DNA from: a virus
Virus record (IMG/VR): IMGVR_UViG_3300025401_000022
Location: 16,309-80,308 of that record
DNA: 64,000 nt
Strand: one strand, 5' to 3'
Part shown: piece by piece, positions 9,018 through 18,438 of the stretch
Layout of the letters: each line of letters begins with the position of its first letter
Position numbering within the stretch: position 1 is the first letter of the stretch
Made by a program: the position numbers and the translations under genes
Notes under the pieces: generated by a model
The model's input: only the letters and a program-made list of their open reading frames with translations
Database searches by the model: none
What the model was told of the DNA's origin: nothing

Positions 9018-9066
9018 TAGTACTGCCTCGAGAGCACTGCATTGCAATGCGCTCTGAGCACTACTA
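9018..9066 (-). other. Long imperfect hairpin (RNase III-site-like) before the first early RBS
   Basis: tagtactgcctcgagagcactgca / tgcaatgcgctctgagcactacta. Confidence 0.4.
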
Positions 9067-9314
9067 TCTGCCAGCTGTTGGGACACCCTACCCCGCTGGT
9101 ACTTCTTTAGAGCTCCATCCACTGTCTAGGCGGAGCTCACAGGCACCTATGCACCTGATCTGCCACACGTTTTACAAGGCTGGTACTTAGTCACCTTGCA
9201 CTGGTAACGCCAGTGAGTCGATCGCTCGGCTAGTGGGCTCTTCGCTTAGTTACTGCATGACACGCTGAACTGTGGCACCGCTCCTAATCACCTGACTGCC
9301 TTACAACAGACTCC

Positions 9315-9357
9315 ATTATAGTCACAGATATACGCATTTTGATTCCACGATGTGAAA
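9315..9357 (-). promoter_or_regulatory. Putative host-sigma70 early promoter (TATAAT) with palindromic site at about -42
   Basis: TATAAT on - strand at 9320-9315; TTCCACGATGTGAAA at 9343-9357; no clear TTGACA. Confidence 0.5.
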
Positions 9358-9955
9358 TAATTCGGAGTGTGCACTAACATAATTTGGTCACTGGAAAACG
9401 GACAGCTAACCCCCGTGGTTACTGGAATACTAGAGATCTCAGAGAGTTGAGGGGTAAGTATCACCTGATAGCGATCGCGTCTCTATGGCCCGATTAGGGG
9501 CATTGCTGGGGATTCGCTATCGGGCAATATCGCCACCTCACGTCCACCCACCCTCTCAGGCTCTCGCGTGCGCGTACCACTCAGCCACACCACCACACTG
9601 CACCACCGCGCCCACTCCACCACCCCACCAGCCTGCCGTCCCTAGCACACTGCCAGCTCAGCGTCAAGCAATACCCATACTGCCAGTGTGGTTATTAGCT
9701 GGGCCAGCACGCTGGGGCCCGCGTCCACTCTGTCCCCATTACTAGCAGTCAGGGTGGGTGAGTGCCAGCGTGGGGCGCGAGGGGCTGTTCCACATTGTGA
9801 GATGGCGTTCCGCATTGTGGTGGCCCTCCTTTGTGGCGCAGGGTCCCCTTTTTGCCAAGTCGACACCCCGTGAGCAGGTACCCAGGGGGCCGGGCGGAGG
9901 CCCCAGGTCAAAGCTCAAGTTTGTATAATTTTTTATTATTTTTTGTTATATAGAC

Positions 9956-10158
9956 AAAAATGCTGCACTGCATCCTGGATATTTGCCAGGGTACAATTTT
10001 GTATGGTGGCACGATAACCCGTTGATTTTAAAGAACATTATACTTACGATCCACAGTATCCACAGTAGTTTTACTTTTTTTTATTTTTTTTTAAAAAAGA
10101 TAAAAAGATATATAGGGTAATAGTCGTTTAGACCCTGGATACTATGGATACTGTGGAT
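9956..10158. repeat. Origin-like element B (inverted copy of element A)
   Basis: 10045-10072 is the exact reverse complement of 3054-3081; 10136-10158 is the reverse complement of 2969-2991; 9956-9980 is a 25-bp direct repeat of 2876-2900; IHF consensus on - strand near 10015-10027. Confidence 0.7.
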
Positions 10159-10231
10159 AGTGATTACTTTTAGTTATATAGACCGGCCGTTAATATGATT
10201 TTTAGTTATATAGGCCAAAATGCAGCATTGT

Positions 10232-10241
10232 GCGTATTAGT
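10232..10241 (+). promoter_or_regulatory. Phage promoter motif GCGTATTAGT (leaderless ATG 6 nt later)
   Basis: Exact motif; ATG at 10248. Confidence 0.75.
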
Positions 10242-10247
10242 AGGAGT

Positions 10248-10556
10248 ATGAACAAGTACGTTTACCAAATCCAAGGCGCACTGGAAGACAGCAACCAAAA
10301 CCTACTAGGGTTACGAGTGCTGGTGTGTGACCTGCACAATTTTGATTCAGTAGACGTACCAATTGAGGTTTTAGATAAAGAGACAGCTAAGTACTTAGCT
10401 TTTCGTCTAAAACTAACAGACGGCGCCTTGGTTATCCAAAAACTACCCAATGGCGTCATTAACAAAATTAGACTGCTATTAGGCAAATACCTAGATAAGT
10501 GGGTATTGGAAAACTTTCATGGCAATATTGGCAACACAAAAGGTGTTAACCCTTGA
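10248..10556 (+). CDS. Hypothetical protein
   Basis: MNKYVYQIQG...; the track start at 10230 is an artefact of the motif. Confidence 0.65.
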   Translation: MNKYVYQIQGALEDSNQNLLGLRVLVCDLHNFDSVDVPIEVLDKETAKYLAFRLKLTDGALVIQKLPNGVINKIRLLLGKYLDKWVLENFHGNIGNTKGVNP

Positions 10557-11511
10557 CTATTGGAAAATAGCGCAGGACATCAGACCGGGTGACATTGTAT
10601 TTGACAGACTGGGCCGCAAGGTCCGGGTAAAGCTCGTCCACCCCCTGGACAAACGCGCATGTTACCGAGTCACGTTCCTAGATGGAACCTCAGTGGCTGG
10701 GGATAAAGACCTCAAATTGCCAATTGAAACGCCAAAGTACCGCAAAAGGACTTGGGAATACAAAGGCAAATTCCAATTTCGCAGGCCGCTATCCAATCTC
10801 TCCCTTGGAACGCTGTCTGAAATGGAACTGATTAACAAGCACGGTAGGCTTATGTACAGCGTACCGACCGCTGGACCGTTAGAACTGCCCCATAAAGACC
10901 TGCCAGTGCCGCCGTTTGTGTTTGGGTTGTGGTTTTTCTCTAAAAGAAAAGACGGAACCATAAAAATTCCAGAGAAACACTTTGATTTTATTGTGGAAAA
11001 ACTAAAAGACTACGGCTATATACCAACATCTTGGCGTGATCCCATCAAAAAACGCCGGGTGTACAGCACAAAGCCAACTGTCATGTCGCACTTGGCGCCC
11101 AATGTGCCATACAAAATCCCAAACAACTACCTGTTAGCCAGCCCAGAGCAACGTCTTGAGCTGCTTAGTGGGATTATGTATGGAAAACCAAATCAATATA
11201 ACCAAAAGTTAGATAGATTTCAGTTTAGCTCCAAACATTTACCAACAGTCAAACAAATTCAGTACCTTGCTGAGACGCTTGGCTGTAAAACTTTACTTGA
11301 GGGACCCAATCCATTATCAGGATACACGGTCTACATCAAAACAAAATTAAAACTCATGGAACATCAGACCCCAGCGCCAATCAAAGTGCGACAAAACTGG
11401 AGAATGATTACCAAAATTGAAGAAATTACACCACAGGCGTGCGTTCACATCGAATTAGATGGCGACGATAGCACGATGTTGGTAGAAGAAGGATTTATTG
11501 CATGCCTTTAA
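10519..11511 (+). CDS. Free-standing intein-like protein (Hint + degenerate LAGLIDADG), catalytic residues lost
   Basis: AILATQKVLT..WKIAQDIRPGDIVFD (block A); YRVTFLDGTSV (block B, no His); LPVPPFVFGLW; IPNNYLLASPEQRLELLSGI; ITKIEE..ACVHIELD..MLVEEGFIACL (no terminal HN). Confidence 0.75.
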   Translation: MAILATQKVLTLDYWKIAQDIRPGDIVFDRLGRKVRVKLVHPLDKRACYRVTFLDGTSVAGDKDLKLPIETPKYRKRTWEYKGKFQFRRPLSNLSLGTLSEMELINKHGRLMYSVPTAGPLELPHKDLPVPPFVFGLWFFSKRKDGTIKIPEKHFDFIVEKLKDYGYIPTSWRDPIKKRRVYSTKPTVMSHLAPNVPYKIPNNYLLASPEQRLELLSGIMYGKPNQYNQKLDRFQFSSKHLPTVKQIQYLAETLGCKTLLEGPNPLSGYTVYIKTKLKLMEHQTPAPIKVRQNWRMITKIEEITPQACVHIELDGDDSTMLVEEGFIACL

Positions 11512-12947
11512 CACCCGAAGATAAAAAAGAACTGATCAAGTTCGCAGCCGATCGACCACACTGGCCCAAACCAGAGCTTGACGCCGCAATATGGCGCATC
11601 ACTTGGGCTAAACAAGCGTTAGCACACCAACAAGAACCCGAAGATGGAGAGTATGACACGTTCCTTATGCTTGCAGGCCGCGGCTCTGGCAAGACACACA
11701 CTGCTAGCCATTGGATTGGCATTCGTGCTTGGCGCTTCCCCGGCACTCGCTGGCTTGTCACCGCCCCAACCTCTAATGATATTCGTGCAACTTGCTTCGA
11801 AGGAGACTCCGGTCTTCTCAATATCATACCCAAGAGCCTTATACGAGATTACAACAAGTCCCTCTTTGAAATTACCCTCATCAACGGATCAATCATTCAG
11901 GGGATTCCAGCTTCAGAACCAGAACGTTACCGCGGTAAACAATACCACGGAGCTTGGTTCGACGAGCTATGTGCATTCGACTATCTTGACGACGCATACG
12001 ACGGCGTACAGTTCACCTTACGACTTAAAGATCCAAGAATACCCCGTGTCCAGCAGATCATCACCACCACCCCTAAGCCAAGGGAGCTCATTGTCGACCT
12101 CGCCGAAGGTAAAGTCGGTGGCGACGTCTACATGGTCAACGCGTCCTCGTTTGACAACCGGGAAAACCTGTCAGAAACGTTTTTCAAACAGTTAGAGACA
12201 TACGACGGCACCGACATTGGTCGTCAGGAGATCTACGGTGAGATTCTGGACCCAGAGTCCGCCGGTATTATTAAACGTAAGCAGTTCAAGATGTGGCCTG
12301 CTGATAAGCCCACACCAGAGCTGGAGTATGTCCTAGCTTCCTACGACCCCGCTACATCGGAAAAGACACACAACGACCCCACTGCTTGCACAGTATGGGG
12401 AATCTTTGAACAACAAGACGGTGGCACATGCGCAATCCTTCTTGATTCCTGGGACAACCACCTTTCCTACCCAGAACTACGCCGCAAAGTAGTAAATGAT
12501 TTTAAAGAGGTTGTATACGGCGCAGATAATGAGTTTGCTAAGGGCAAAAAGGCAGACCTCATCCTCATGGAAGACAAATCTGCTGGTATCTCACTAATCC
12601 AAGAGCTCAGAGGCGCAGGAGTGCCAGTCCAAGGTTACAACCCCGGCCGCGCGGACAAAGTGCAGCGCCTAAACATCGTAGCACCCCTGGTAGCTAAGGG
12701 AAAAGTGTTCATTCCAGAAGACCCCAAAAAGCCCGGCGAGTTTGCTGACTGGGCAAAGCGTTTTCTGCGCCAAGTCTGTTCGTTCCCTGAAATGGGTGGC
12801 CATGATGACTATGTGGATTCCCTATCACAAGCCCTTCGTATCCTACGAGACGATGGTTGGCTGCAGTTAGACTACCTCCCAGCTAGGGATTATGACTACG
12901 CTGACGATGATGTACGCAAGCGTTTTGCCAATCCCTACGCCCAATAA
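11502..12947 (+). CDS. terL: Terminase large subunit
   Basis: LAGRGSGKT Walker A; AWFDE Walker B; TTTPK; YDPA and HDDYVDSLSQA nuclease motifs. Confidence 0.95.
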   Translation: MPLTPEDKKELIKFAADRPHWPKPELDAAIWRITWAKQALAHQQEPEDGEYDTFLMLAGRGSGKTHTASHWIGIRAWRFPGTRWLVTAPTSNDIRATCFEGDSGLLNIIPKSLIRDYNKSLFEITLINGSIIQGIPASEPERYRGKQYHGAWFDELCAFDYLDDAYDGVQFTLRLKDPRIPRVQQIITTTPKPRELIVDLAEGKVGGDVYMVNASSFDNRENLSETFFKQLETYDGTDIGRQEIYGEILDPESAGIIKRKQFKMWPADKPTPELEYVLASYDPATSEKTHNDPTACTVWGIFEQQDGGTCAILLDSWDNHLSYPELRRKVVNDFKEVVYGADNEFAKGKKADLILMEDKSAGISLIQELRGAGVPVQGYNPGRADKVQRLNIVAPLVAKGKVFIPEDPKKPGEFADWAKRFLRQVCSFPEMGGHDDYVDSLSQALRILRDDGWLQLDYLPARDYDYADDDVRKRFANPYAQ

Positions 12948-12977
12948 GGGCGGATACGTCAAAAACAGCGTATTAGT
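12948..12977 (+). promoter_or_regulatory. Bipartite promoter GGGCG-N15-GCGTATTAGT upstream of portal
   Basis: GGGCG 12948-52; motif 12968-77. Confidence 0.75.
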
Positions 12978-13026
12978 AAATATAAGGGTTGAGTTAGGCC
13001 CACCAAATTCCAAAATGACATAATCT

Positions 13027-15933
13027 ATGGCACAACCACAATTACCTATCCAAGCTGGCGGCAATTTGCCTGGTCTTGATCGTGAAAATGATATTCAAGA
13101 TGCAAAACAGCAAGACGCTGACATGGAAGAGTACGAAGACATACTGGGTTTAGACTCCGACGAAGTAGAACAAGAAATAATTGAACTGGACGATGGTTCG
13201 GTGGTGGTTAACTACGTCGAAAAATCTAGCCCACTAAAAAATCCAGAGTTCTACGCAAACCTTGCAGAAGTGTTTGATGAGCAGACATTAAATTCACTCT
13301 CCATCGAATACCTTGACTACATTGATGTAGACAAGGAGGCACGCAAGCAAAGAGATAAGCAATATGAAGAAGGACTTCGTAGAACGGGCCTTGGTAAGGA
13401 CGCTCCTGGTGGTGCTACTTTCGACGGCGCTTCTAAAGTTGTTCATCCCGTCATGGCCGAGGCTTGTGTTGACTTCGCAGCTTCCGCCGCCAAAGAGCTA
13501 TTACCATCAGACGGCATCGTCAAGTCCAACATTAAAGGAAACGACGACAAAACCAAAGAAGAAGTCGCAGAACGAAAAGTCGAGTTTCTTAACTGGCAAT
13601 TAACCCAACAAGTCCCTGAGTTCCGCGATGAGATGGAGCAGTTGTTTACTCAATTGCCGCTTGGTGGGTCACAGTACCTTAAATGGATGTACGATGAAGA
13701 ACAAGCTCGCCCAACGTGCGAGTGGGTTCCAATTGACAACATCATTTTACCTTACGCCTCAACAAACTTTTACACAGCGCAGCGCGTTACTGAGCAACAA
13801 GACATCACTGGCGATGAATACCTAAAACGTATTGATGCTGGTCTGTATCGTGACTTGGATAATTTAGAGTATACCTCTGACGCTCCGCTTAATGACCAAA
13901 CTAAGAGTAAAGCAGCAAACGATAAGATTGAAGGTATTGATATGCCTTCTAAAAATATCGACGAGTTACGCAGAATTTATGAAATCACTTGCTTTATGCG
14001 ACTGGAAGCTGATCCGGAAACAGAAGGTAAACGTGCACCATACACTTTGACCATTGACGAATCAACAAACAAGGTATTAGCCTTGTACCGCAACTGGGAT
14101 GCAAATGATGAAAAACGTGAAAAACTGGACTGGATTGTTGAGTTCAAGTTCATCCCTTGGCGTGGTGCTTATGCTATTGGTCTCCCCCATCTTATTGGCG
14201 GTCTCTCTGCTGCTCTCACTGGTGCTCTACGTGCTCTGCTTGACGCTGCTCATATCAACAACAGCCAGACGTTACTTAAACTCAAAACTGGAAGAGTGTC
14301 TGGACAATCTGATCGAATTGAACCAACTCAAGTAGTTGAAGTAGAAGCGGGCGCTGGCGTGACTGACATTCGTCAGATTGCTATGCCAATGCCATTTAAC
14401 CCACCTTCAAGTGTATTGTATGATTTGCTTGGTTGGTTAACACAAGCTGCTAAAGGTGTTGTTACTACAGCTGAAGAGAAGATTGCTGACGCTAATAGCC
14501 AGATGCCAGTAGGCACAACCCAAGCTCTGATTGAGCAGGGTGCCAAGGTATTCTCTAGCATTCACGCACGCTTACACCGCAGCCAAGAAAAATCACTGGC
14601 CATCATCTCACGTATCAACCACTGGTACTTGCAAGAGATGGACAACCAGTCCGGTACTGAAATTGAGGTACGTGACTTTGCGTATAACTCAGATGTTCGC
14701 CCAGTATCCGACCCTAACATTTTTTCTGAGACACAACGTCTTGCTCAGAATCAAGCCCTCCTACAGATGGCAGGCACTGCACCTCCAGGAATGTTTGACA
14801 TGCGCGCAGTATACAAACGCGTACTCAAGCAATTAAAAGTTCCTGAGATGGAAGAAGTACTGCCAAACCCACAAGGCGCCAACGAATCCAATCCGGCCTT
14901 AGAGAACGTCTCTATGACGATGGGACGACCCGCTGCCGCCTACCCCGACCAGGATCATATTGCACACCTTAAGATTCACTTAGAGTATGCACAAAATCCT
15001 GCGTACGGTGGTAACCCTATCATTGGCCCAATCTTTGCGCCGCACGCACTTGAACACATCAAGCAACACTTGACACTGCACTACTTGCAATCTATGCGCT
15101 CTTATGTTGCCCAGGCTTCCGGCGGCGAAGATGTACTCAAACTACACCAAGAACAGCCACTGGATCAAGAAGCCCAACAAGCCTTGGCACTTGCTTCCCA
15201 AATGGTTGGCCAAGATGCACAGCAAACTATTGGACCATTCCTACAGCAAATTACTGGTCTGGCTCAGAAAGTATCACAAGCTCAACAACAGCAACAACAA
15301 ACTATGCTTATGTCTGATCCAACTGCTGCGGCAATTGTTAAGACCCAGACAGCTGAGACTCAACGTAAGTTGCAAGAAGCTCAGGCTAAAATGCAGCTTG
15401 ATACTCAGAGCATGCAACAAGATTATCAAATTAAGATTGCAGAGCTACAACAGAAAGTTCAAGAGTTGCAAGCTAAGTACAGCACGCAGACTAATATTGA
15501 TAACCAACGCAACGCCACAGACATTGCAATGGCTAACATCAATAATGCTGCAAAAGAGCGTGTTGCCATGATTTCAGCTGGTACTCAGATGGATCAGCTA
15601 CAAACAAAACTAGAAGCAGATCAAAATCAATCTGCTATGGAAGCTATCCAAGCCTCTGACCAAGATATTCGTCAGCATGGTTTAGCAATCCAGCAACAAG
15701 CATTCGAGCAACAAGCTCAACAAGTTCAACAACAAATTGAGGCACAACAAGCCGCTCAACAGCATCAACAAGGTTTAGCACAGGCCCAACAGCAGCATGC
15801 AATGGAGATGCAGCAACAGGACCAGCAACACCAACAGGGTTTGGCACAAGCCCAGCAGATGCACGAACAGCAAATAGCCCAAATGCAAGAGCAACAAGCT
15901 CAACAACCACAACAACCCACTGAAGGACAATAA
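13027..15933 (+). CDS. Portal protein with long Q-rich coiled-coil C-terminus
   Basis: Follows TerL; FYANLAE, VVHPVMAEACVDF, GAKVFSSIHARLH motifs typical of this portal type. Confidence 0.85.
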   Translation: MAQPQLPIQAGGNLPGLDRENDIQDAKQQDADMEEYEDILGLDSDEVEQEIIELDDGSVVVNYVEKSSPLKNPEFYANLAEVFDEQTLNSLSIEYLDYIDVDKEARKQRDKQYEEGLRRTGLGKDAPGGATFDGASKVVHPVMAEACVDFAASAAKELLPSDGIVKSNIKGNDDKTKEEVAERKVEFLNWQLTQQVPEFRDEMEQLFTQLPLGGSQYLKWMYDEEQARPTCEWVPIDNIILPYASTNFYTAQRVTEQQDITGDEYLKRIDAGLYRDLDNLEYTSDAPLNDQTKSKAANDKIEGIDMPSKNIDELRRIYEITCFMRLEADPETEGKRAPYTLTIDESTNKVLALYRNWDANDEKREKLDWIVEFKFIPWRGAYAIGLPHLIGGLSAALTGALRALLDAAHINNSQTLLKLKTGRVSGQSDRIEPTQVVEVEAGAGVTDIRQIAMPMPFNPPSSVLYDLLGWLTQAAKGVVTTAEEKIADANSQMPVGTTQALIEQGAKVFSSIHARLHRSQEKSLAIISRINHWYLQEMDNQSGTEIEVRDFAYNSDVRPVSDPNIFSETQRLAQNQALLQMAGTAPPGMFDMRAVYKRVLKQLKVPEMEEVLPNPQGANESNPALENVSMTMGRPAAAYPDQDHIAHLKIHLEYAQNPAYGGNPIIGPIFAPHALEHIKQHLTLHYLQSMRSYVAQASGGEDVLKLHQEQPLDQEAQQALALASQMVGQDAQQTIGPFLQQITGLAQKVSQAQQQQQQTMLMSDPTAAAIVKTQTAETQRKLQEAQAKMQLDTQSMQQDYQIKIAELQQKVQELQAKYSTQTNIDNQRNATDIAMANINNAAKERVAMISAGTQMDQLQTKLEADQNQSAMEAIQASDQDIRQHGLAIQQQAFEQQAQQVQQQIEAQQAAQQHQQGLAQAQQQHAMEMQQQDQQHQQGLAQAQQMHEQQIAQMQEQQAQQPQQPTEGQ

Positions 15934-16160
15934 TGGCAACTAAAAAATCAGCTGAAGACCAATTAGGCTTCCGCAAAGCATACAAAATGACTGGCACCCC
16001 TGGCTACGCTGGCGGTCCTGGTGAGACAACTATCGACAAAGGCGCTTCAGGTTCTAAGCGTGCTAACAATGCAGTACTTAACCAAAACAAAATGGCTAAG
16101 TCACCTAAAGTTGGCCCAGGTAAAAACCTTAACGAAATCGAAGGCGGCAACTTTTATTAA
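15933..16160 (+). CDS. Small basic hypothetical protein
   Basis: TAATG coupling with portal. Confidence 0.65.
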   Translation: MATKKSAEDQLGFRKAYKMTGTPGYAGGPGETTIDKGASGSKRANNAVLNQNKMAKSPKVGPGKNLNEIEGGNFY

Positions 16161-16166
16161 TATTTG

Positions 16167-16196
16167 GGGCGGATTTATCCGCCACAGCGTATTAGT
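16167..16196 (+). promoter_or_regulatory. Bipartite promoter GGGCG-N15-GCGTATTAGT (leaderless ATG at 16203)
   Basis: GGGCG 16167-71; motif 16187-96. Confidence 0.75.
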
Positions 16197-16202
16197 AAAA
16201 GT

Positions 16203-16394
16203 ATGAAAGACTTTATTAGTGAAATTATCGGTCGCGTAAGGACTGAGATACAAAATCATGCGGAAACCGTCACCGCCGGCACTAACATCAACTCGTTTGA
16301 TGATTACAAGCAGTACGTAGGCATTATTCAAGGTCTGCAAATGACTTTAGATATTGTCAACGAAATTCTGACGGAGAATGACGACGAATCGTAA
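16203..16394 (+). CDS. Small head-module protein
   Basis: SFDDYKQYVGIIQGL pattern; lies between portal and GroES. Confidence 0.65.
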   Translation: MKDFISEIIGRVRTEIQNHAETVTAGTNINSFDDYKQYVGIIQGLQMTLDIVNEILTENDDES

Positions 16395-16415
16395 GATTCA
16401 GAAAGGGATTGCCGG

Positions 16416-16856
16416 ATGGCGATTGATTTTAGAGAACAAGACGAACCAGATTTACGAACAGAACTTGAGTGTTTCCCTGACGTAGACCCTGGAGTCGAGA
16501 TTTTAGGTGACCGAGTACTTGTGCAGTTACGCAGGGAAAAGGTAACCAGTAAAGGCGGTATAATCCTAGTGGATGAGACCAGACAAACCTTACGTTTTAA
16601 CGAAACAGTAGCTAAAGTACGAGCAATTGGACCCTTAGCATATAAGAGCCCAGAAGATTTAACCCCTTGGATTGAAGGTCCTTGGTGTCAAGTTGGCGAT
16701 TTAGTTCGCACAATCAAGTACGGTGGTGATCGTTTCGTAGTGCAGCCCGACGATGATGGCGCGCCTGTGGTGTTTATTACATTACAAGCCCGTGAAGTGA
16801 TCTCCAAGATCAAATCATTCGAAGCAGCACAGAAAATGAAAGCGTTTGTAGACTAA
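16416..16856 (+). CDS. groES: Co-chaperonin GroES-like protein
   Basis: ILGDRVLV..TSKGGIILVD..VRAIGP..VGDLV..KYGG. Confidence 0.85.
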   Translation: MAIDFREQDEPDLRTELECFPDVDPGVEILGDRVLVQLRREKVTSKGGIILVDETRQTLRFNETVAKVRAIGPLAYKSPEDLTPWIEGPWCQVGDLVRTIKYGGDRFVVQPDDDGAPVVFITLQAREVISKIKSFEAAQKMKAFVD

Positions 16857-16877
16857 TAACTTTGTAGAAAGTAAAGA

Positions 16878-17849
16878 ATGGCAAAGAAAGACGACGACCA
16901 TGTTCCAATGAAGGAACAGGAAGATGGCACACTGGTAGCTAAAATAGATTTACCAGAAGAAATTGAAGACCACGAAGAAGGTGGTCATGTAGAAGCAGAA
17001 GACACCCGCAGTGATGAAGAGCGTGAAGACGACGAAGCAGCCGAAGAAGGCGAAACCGACGAAGAACGTGAAGCAATCCGCGAGGCCCGTAGAGAAGAGC
17101 GTAAACTCAAAAAAGAGTTAAAGAAGCAACGTGAAATCTCTGCTAAGAACAAGATTACAGCACTTGAGCGCCGCAATGCCGAACTGGCAGAGCGTCTAGC
17201 TAAGGTTGAAAGCACTACAGTATCTTATCAATTTGCACAGATTGACAAGGCTATCGAAGACGAAGCCACACGTGTCGAATACGCAAAGATGAAGATGCTA
17301 CAAGCAGCACAATCTGGCGACGCAGCCGCTCAAATTGAGTATTTGGAACAGTTGACAGACGCTAAACAGCGTTTAAAACAAGCCGAACACTATAAGAAAC
17401 AACAAGTAGAGCAAGCTAAAGTACCAAAAGAAAACGTACCTAATCAGATTAATACTGAAGTACAAGCCAACGCAACAAAATGGCTTAAAAAGAACTCTTG
17501 GTATGATCCACAAGCTCGAGACACAGATAGTAGAATTGCAAAGGTAATTGACCAAGAACTAGCAGCCGATGGTTGGGATCCAGCAGATCCCGAGTATTGG
17601 GATGAGCTAGACAGTCGTTTGCAGTCTCGTTTACCCCACAGATACACTTCAAAAGGAGGCTCTGTGAAACGAGCAAACGCATCAACATCCGGCCGTACTG
17701 CCGCTACAAATAGCGCAAAACCCGGAACCATCACATTGAGTCGTGATCGTGTACAAGCGATTAAAGACGCTGGTGCATGGGATGATGTAGAGAAACGAAA
17801 CAAAATGATCCGCGCTTATGCGTCGTATGATCGTCAAAATAAAGGTTAA
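16878..17849 (+). CDS. Putative capsid scaffolding protein
   Basis: Acidic N-terminus, coiled coil, position upstream of MCP. Confidence 0.6.
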   Translation: MAKKDDDHVPMKEQEDGTLVAKIDLPEEIEDHEEGGHVEAEDTRSDEEREDDEAAEEGETDEEREAIREARREERKLKKELKKQREISAKNKITALERRNAELAERLAKVESTTVSYQFAQIDKAIEDEATRVEYAKMKMLQAAQSGDAAAQIEYLEQLTDAKQRLKQAEHYKKQQVEQAKVPKENVPNQINTEVQANATKWLKKNSWYDPQARDTDSRIAKVIDQELAADGWDPADPEYWDELDSRLQSRLPHRYTSKGGSVKRANASTSGRTAATNSAKPGTITLSRDRVQAIKDAGAWDDVEKRNKMIRAYASYDRQNKG

Positions 17850-17854
17850 TTATC

Positions 17855-18409
17855 ATGGCAAACAACAGAATCAAACGTGACTTAGATGATCGCTTAGCCG
17901 ATCGAGTTACCGCAACAAAAGAACGGATCGCTTCTGAGGATCCAAACGAATTAGCAAAAAAGGAGCGTGTAGCTGCGTTCCGCGATAAATGGCAAAACAG
18001 TGCATTACCTGATTTGCCAAACGGGATAATTCCCGGCTTTCATTTGTGCTGGTTATCCACTACAAATAATTATGACAGTATCGACAAACGTATGGCGTTG
18101 GGTTATGAGCCAGTTAAAGCCTCAGAATTAGGAGTAGGCTTTGAAGGACTAGGCAAAATGAGCTCGGGCAAGTTTGAAGGCTGTGTTAGCTGTAATGAAA
18201 TGGTTCTCTTCAAGTTACCAGAAGAAATCTATCAAGAAGTGATGAAAATGTTGCACCTTGAGGATCCCCTTGAGCACCAACGTAATATCACCGCGCAAGT
18301 TCGGAGCACTGCTCAAGAAGGCAAAGGTGGTAGATCAATTCTTGAAGGTGGTATTCTGGAAATGGAAAAGGAAGCCGCAAAAGCAAACAGTAATGTTCGC
18401 TTCCAATAA
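17855..18409 (+). CDS. Head-module hypothetical protein
   Basis: ORF track; GFHLCWL..GYEPV. Confidence 0.7.
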   Translation: MANNRIKRDLDDRLADRVTATKERIASEDPNELAKKERVAAFRDKWQNSALPDLPNGIIPGFHLCWLSTTNNYDSIDKRMALGYEPVKASELGVGFEGLGKMSSGKFEGCVSCNEMVLFKLPEEIYQEVMKMLHLEDPLEHQRNITAQVRSTAQEGKGGRSILEGGILEMEKEAAKANSNVRFQ

Positions 18410-18438
18410 CATTCTTCAAAAATAACAAAGGAAAATAA

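Noticed and set aside
9485-9911. ORFs in the GC-rich divergence tract
   Set aside because: Low complexity, no RBS, mutually overlapping on both strands
11502-12947. Intein inserted in TerL, or a frameshift fusion with the upstream ORF
   Set aside because: TerL is continuous and complete; no slippery heptamer seen at the overlap
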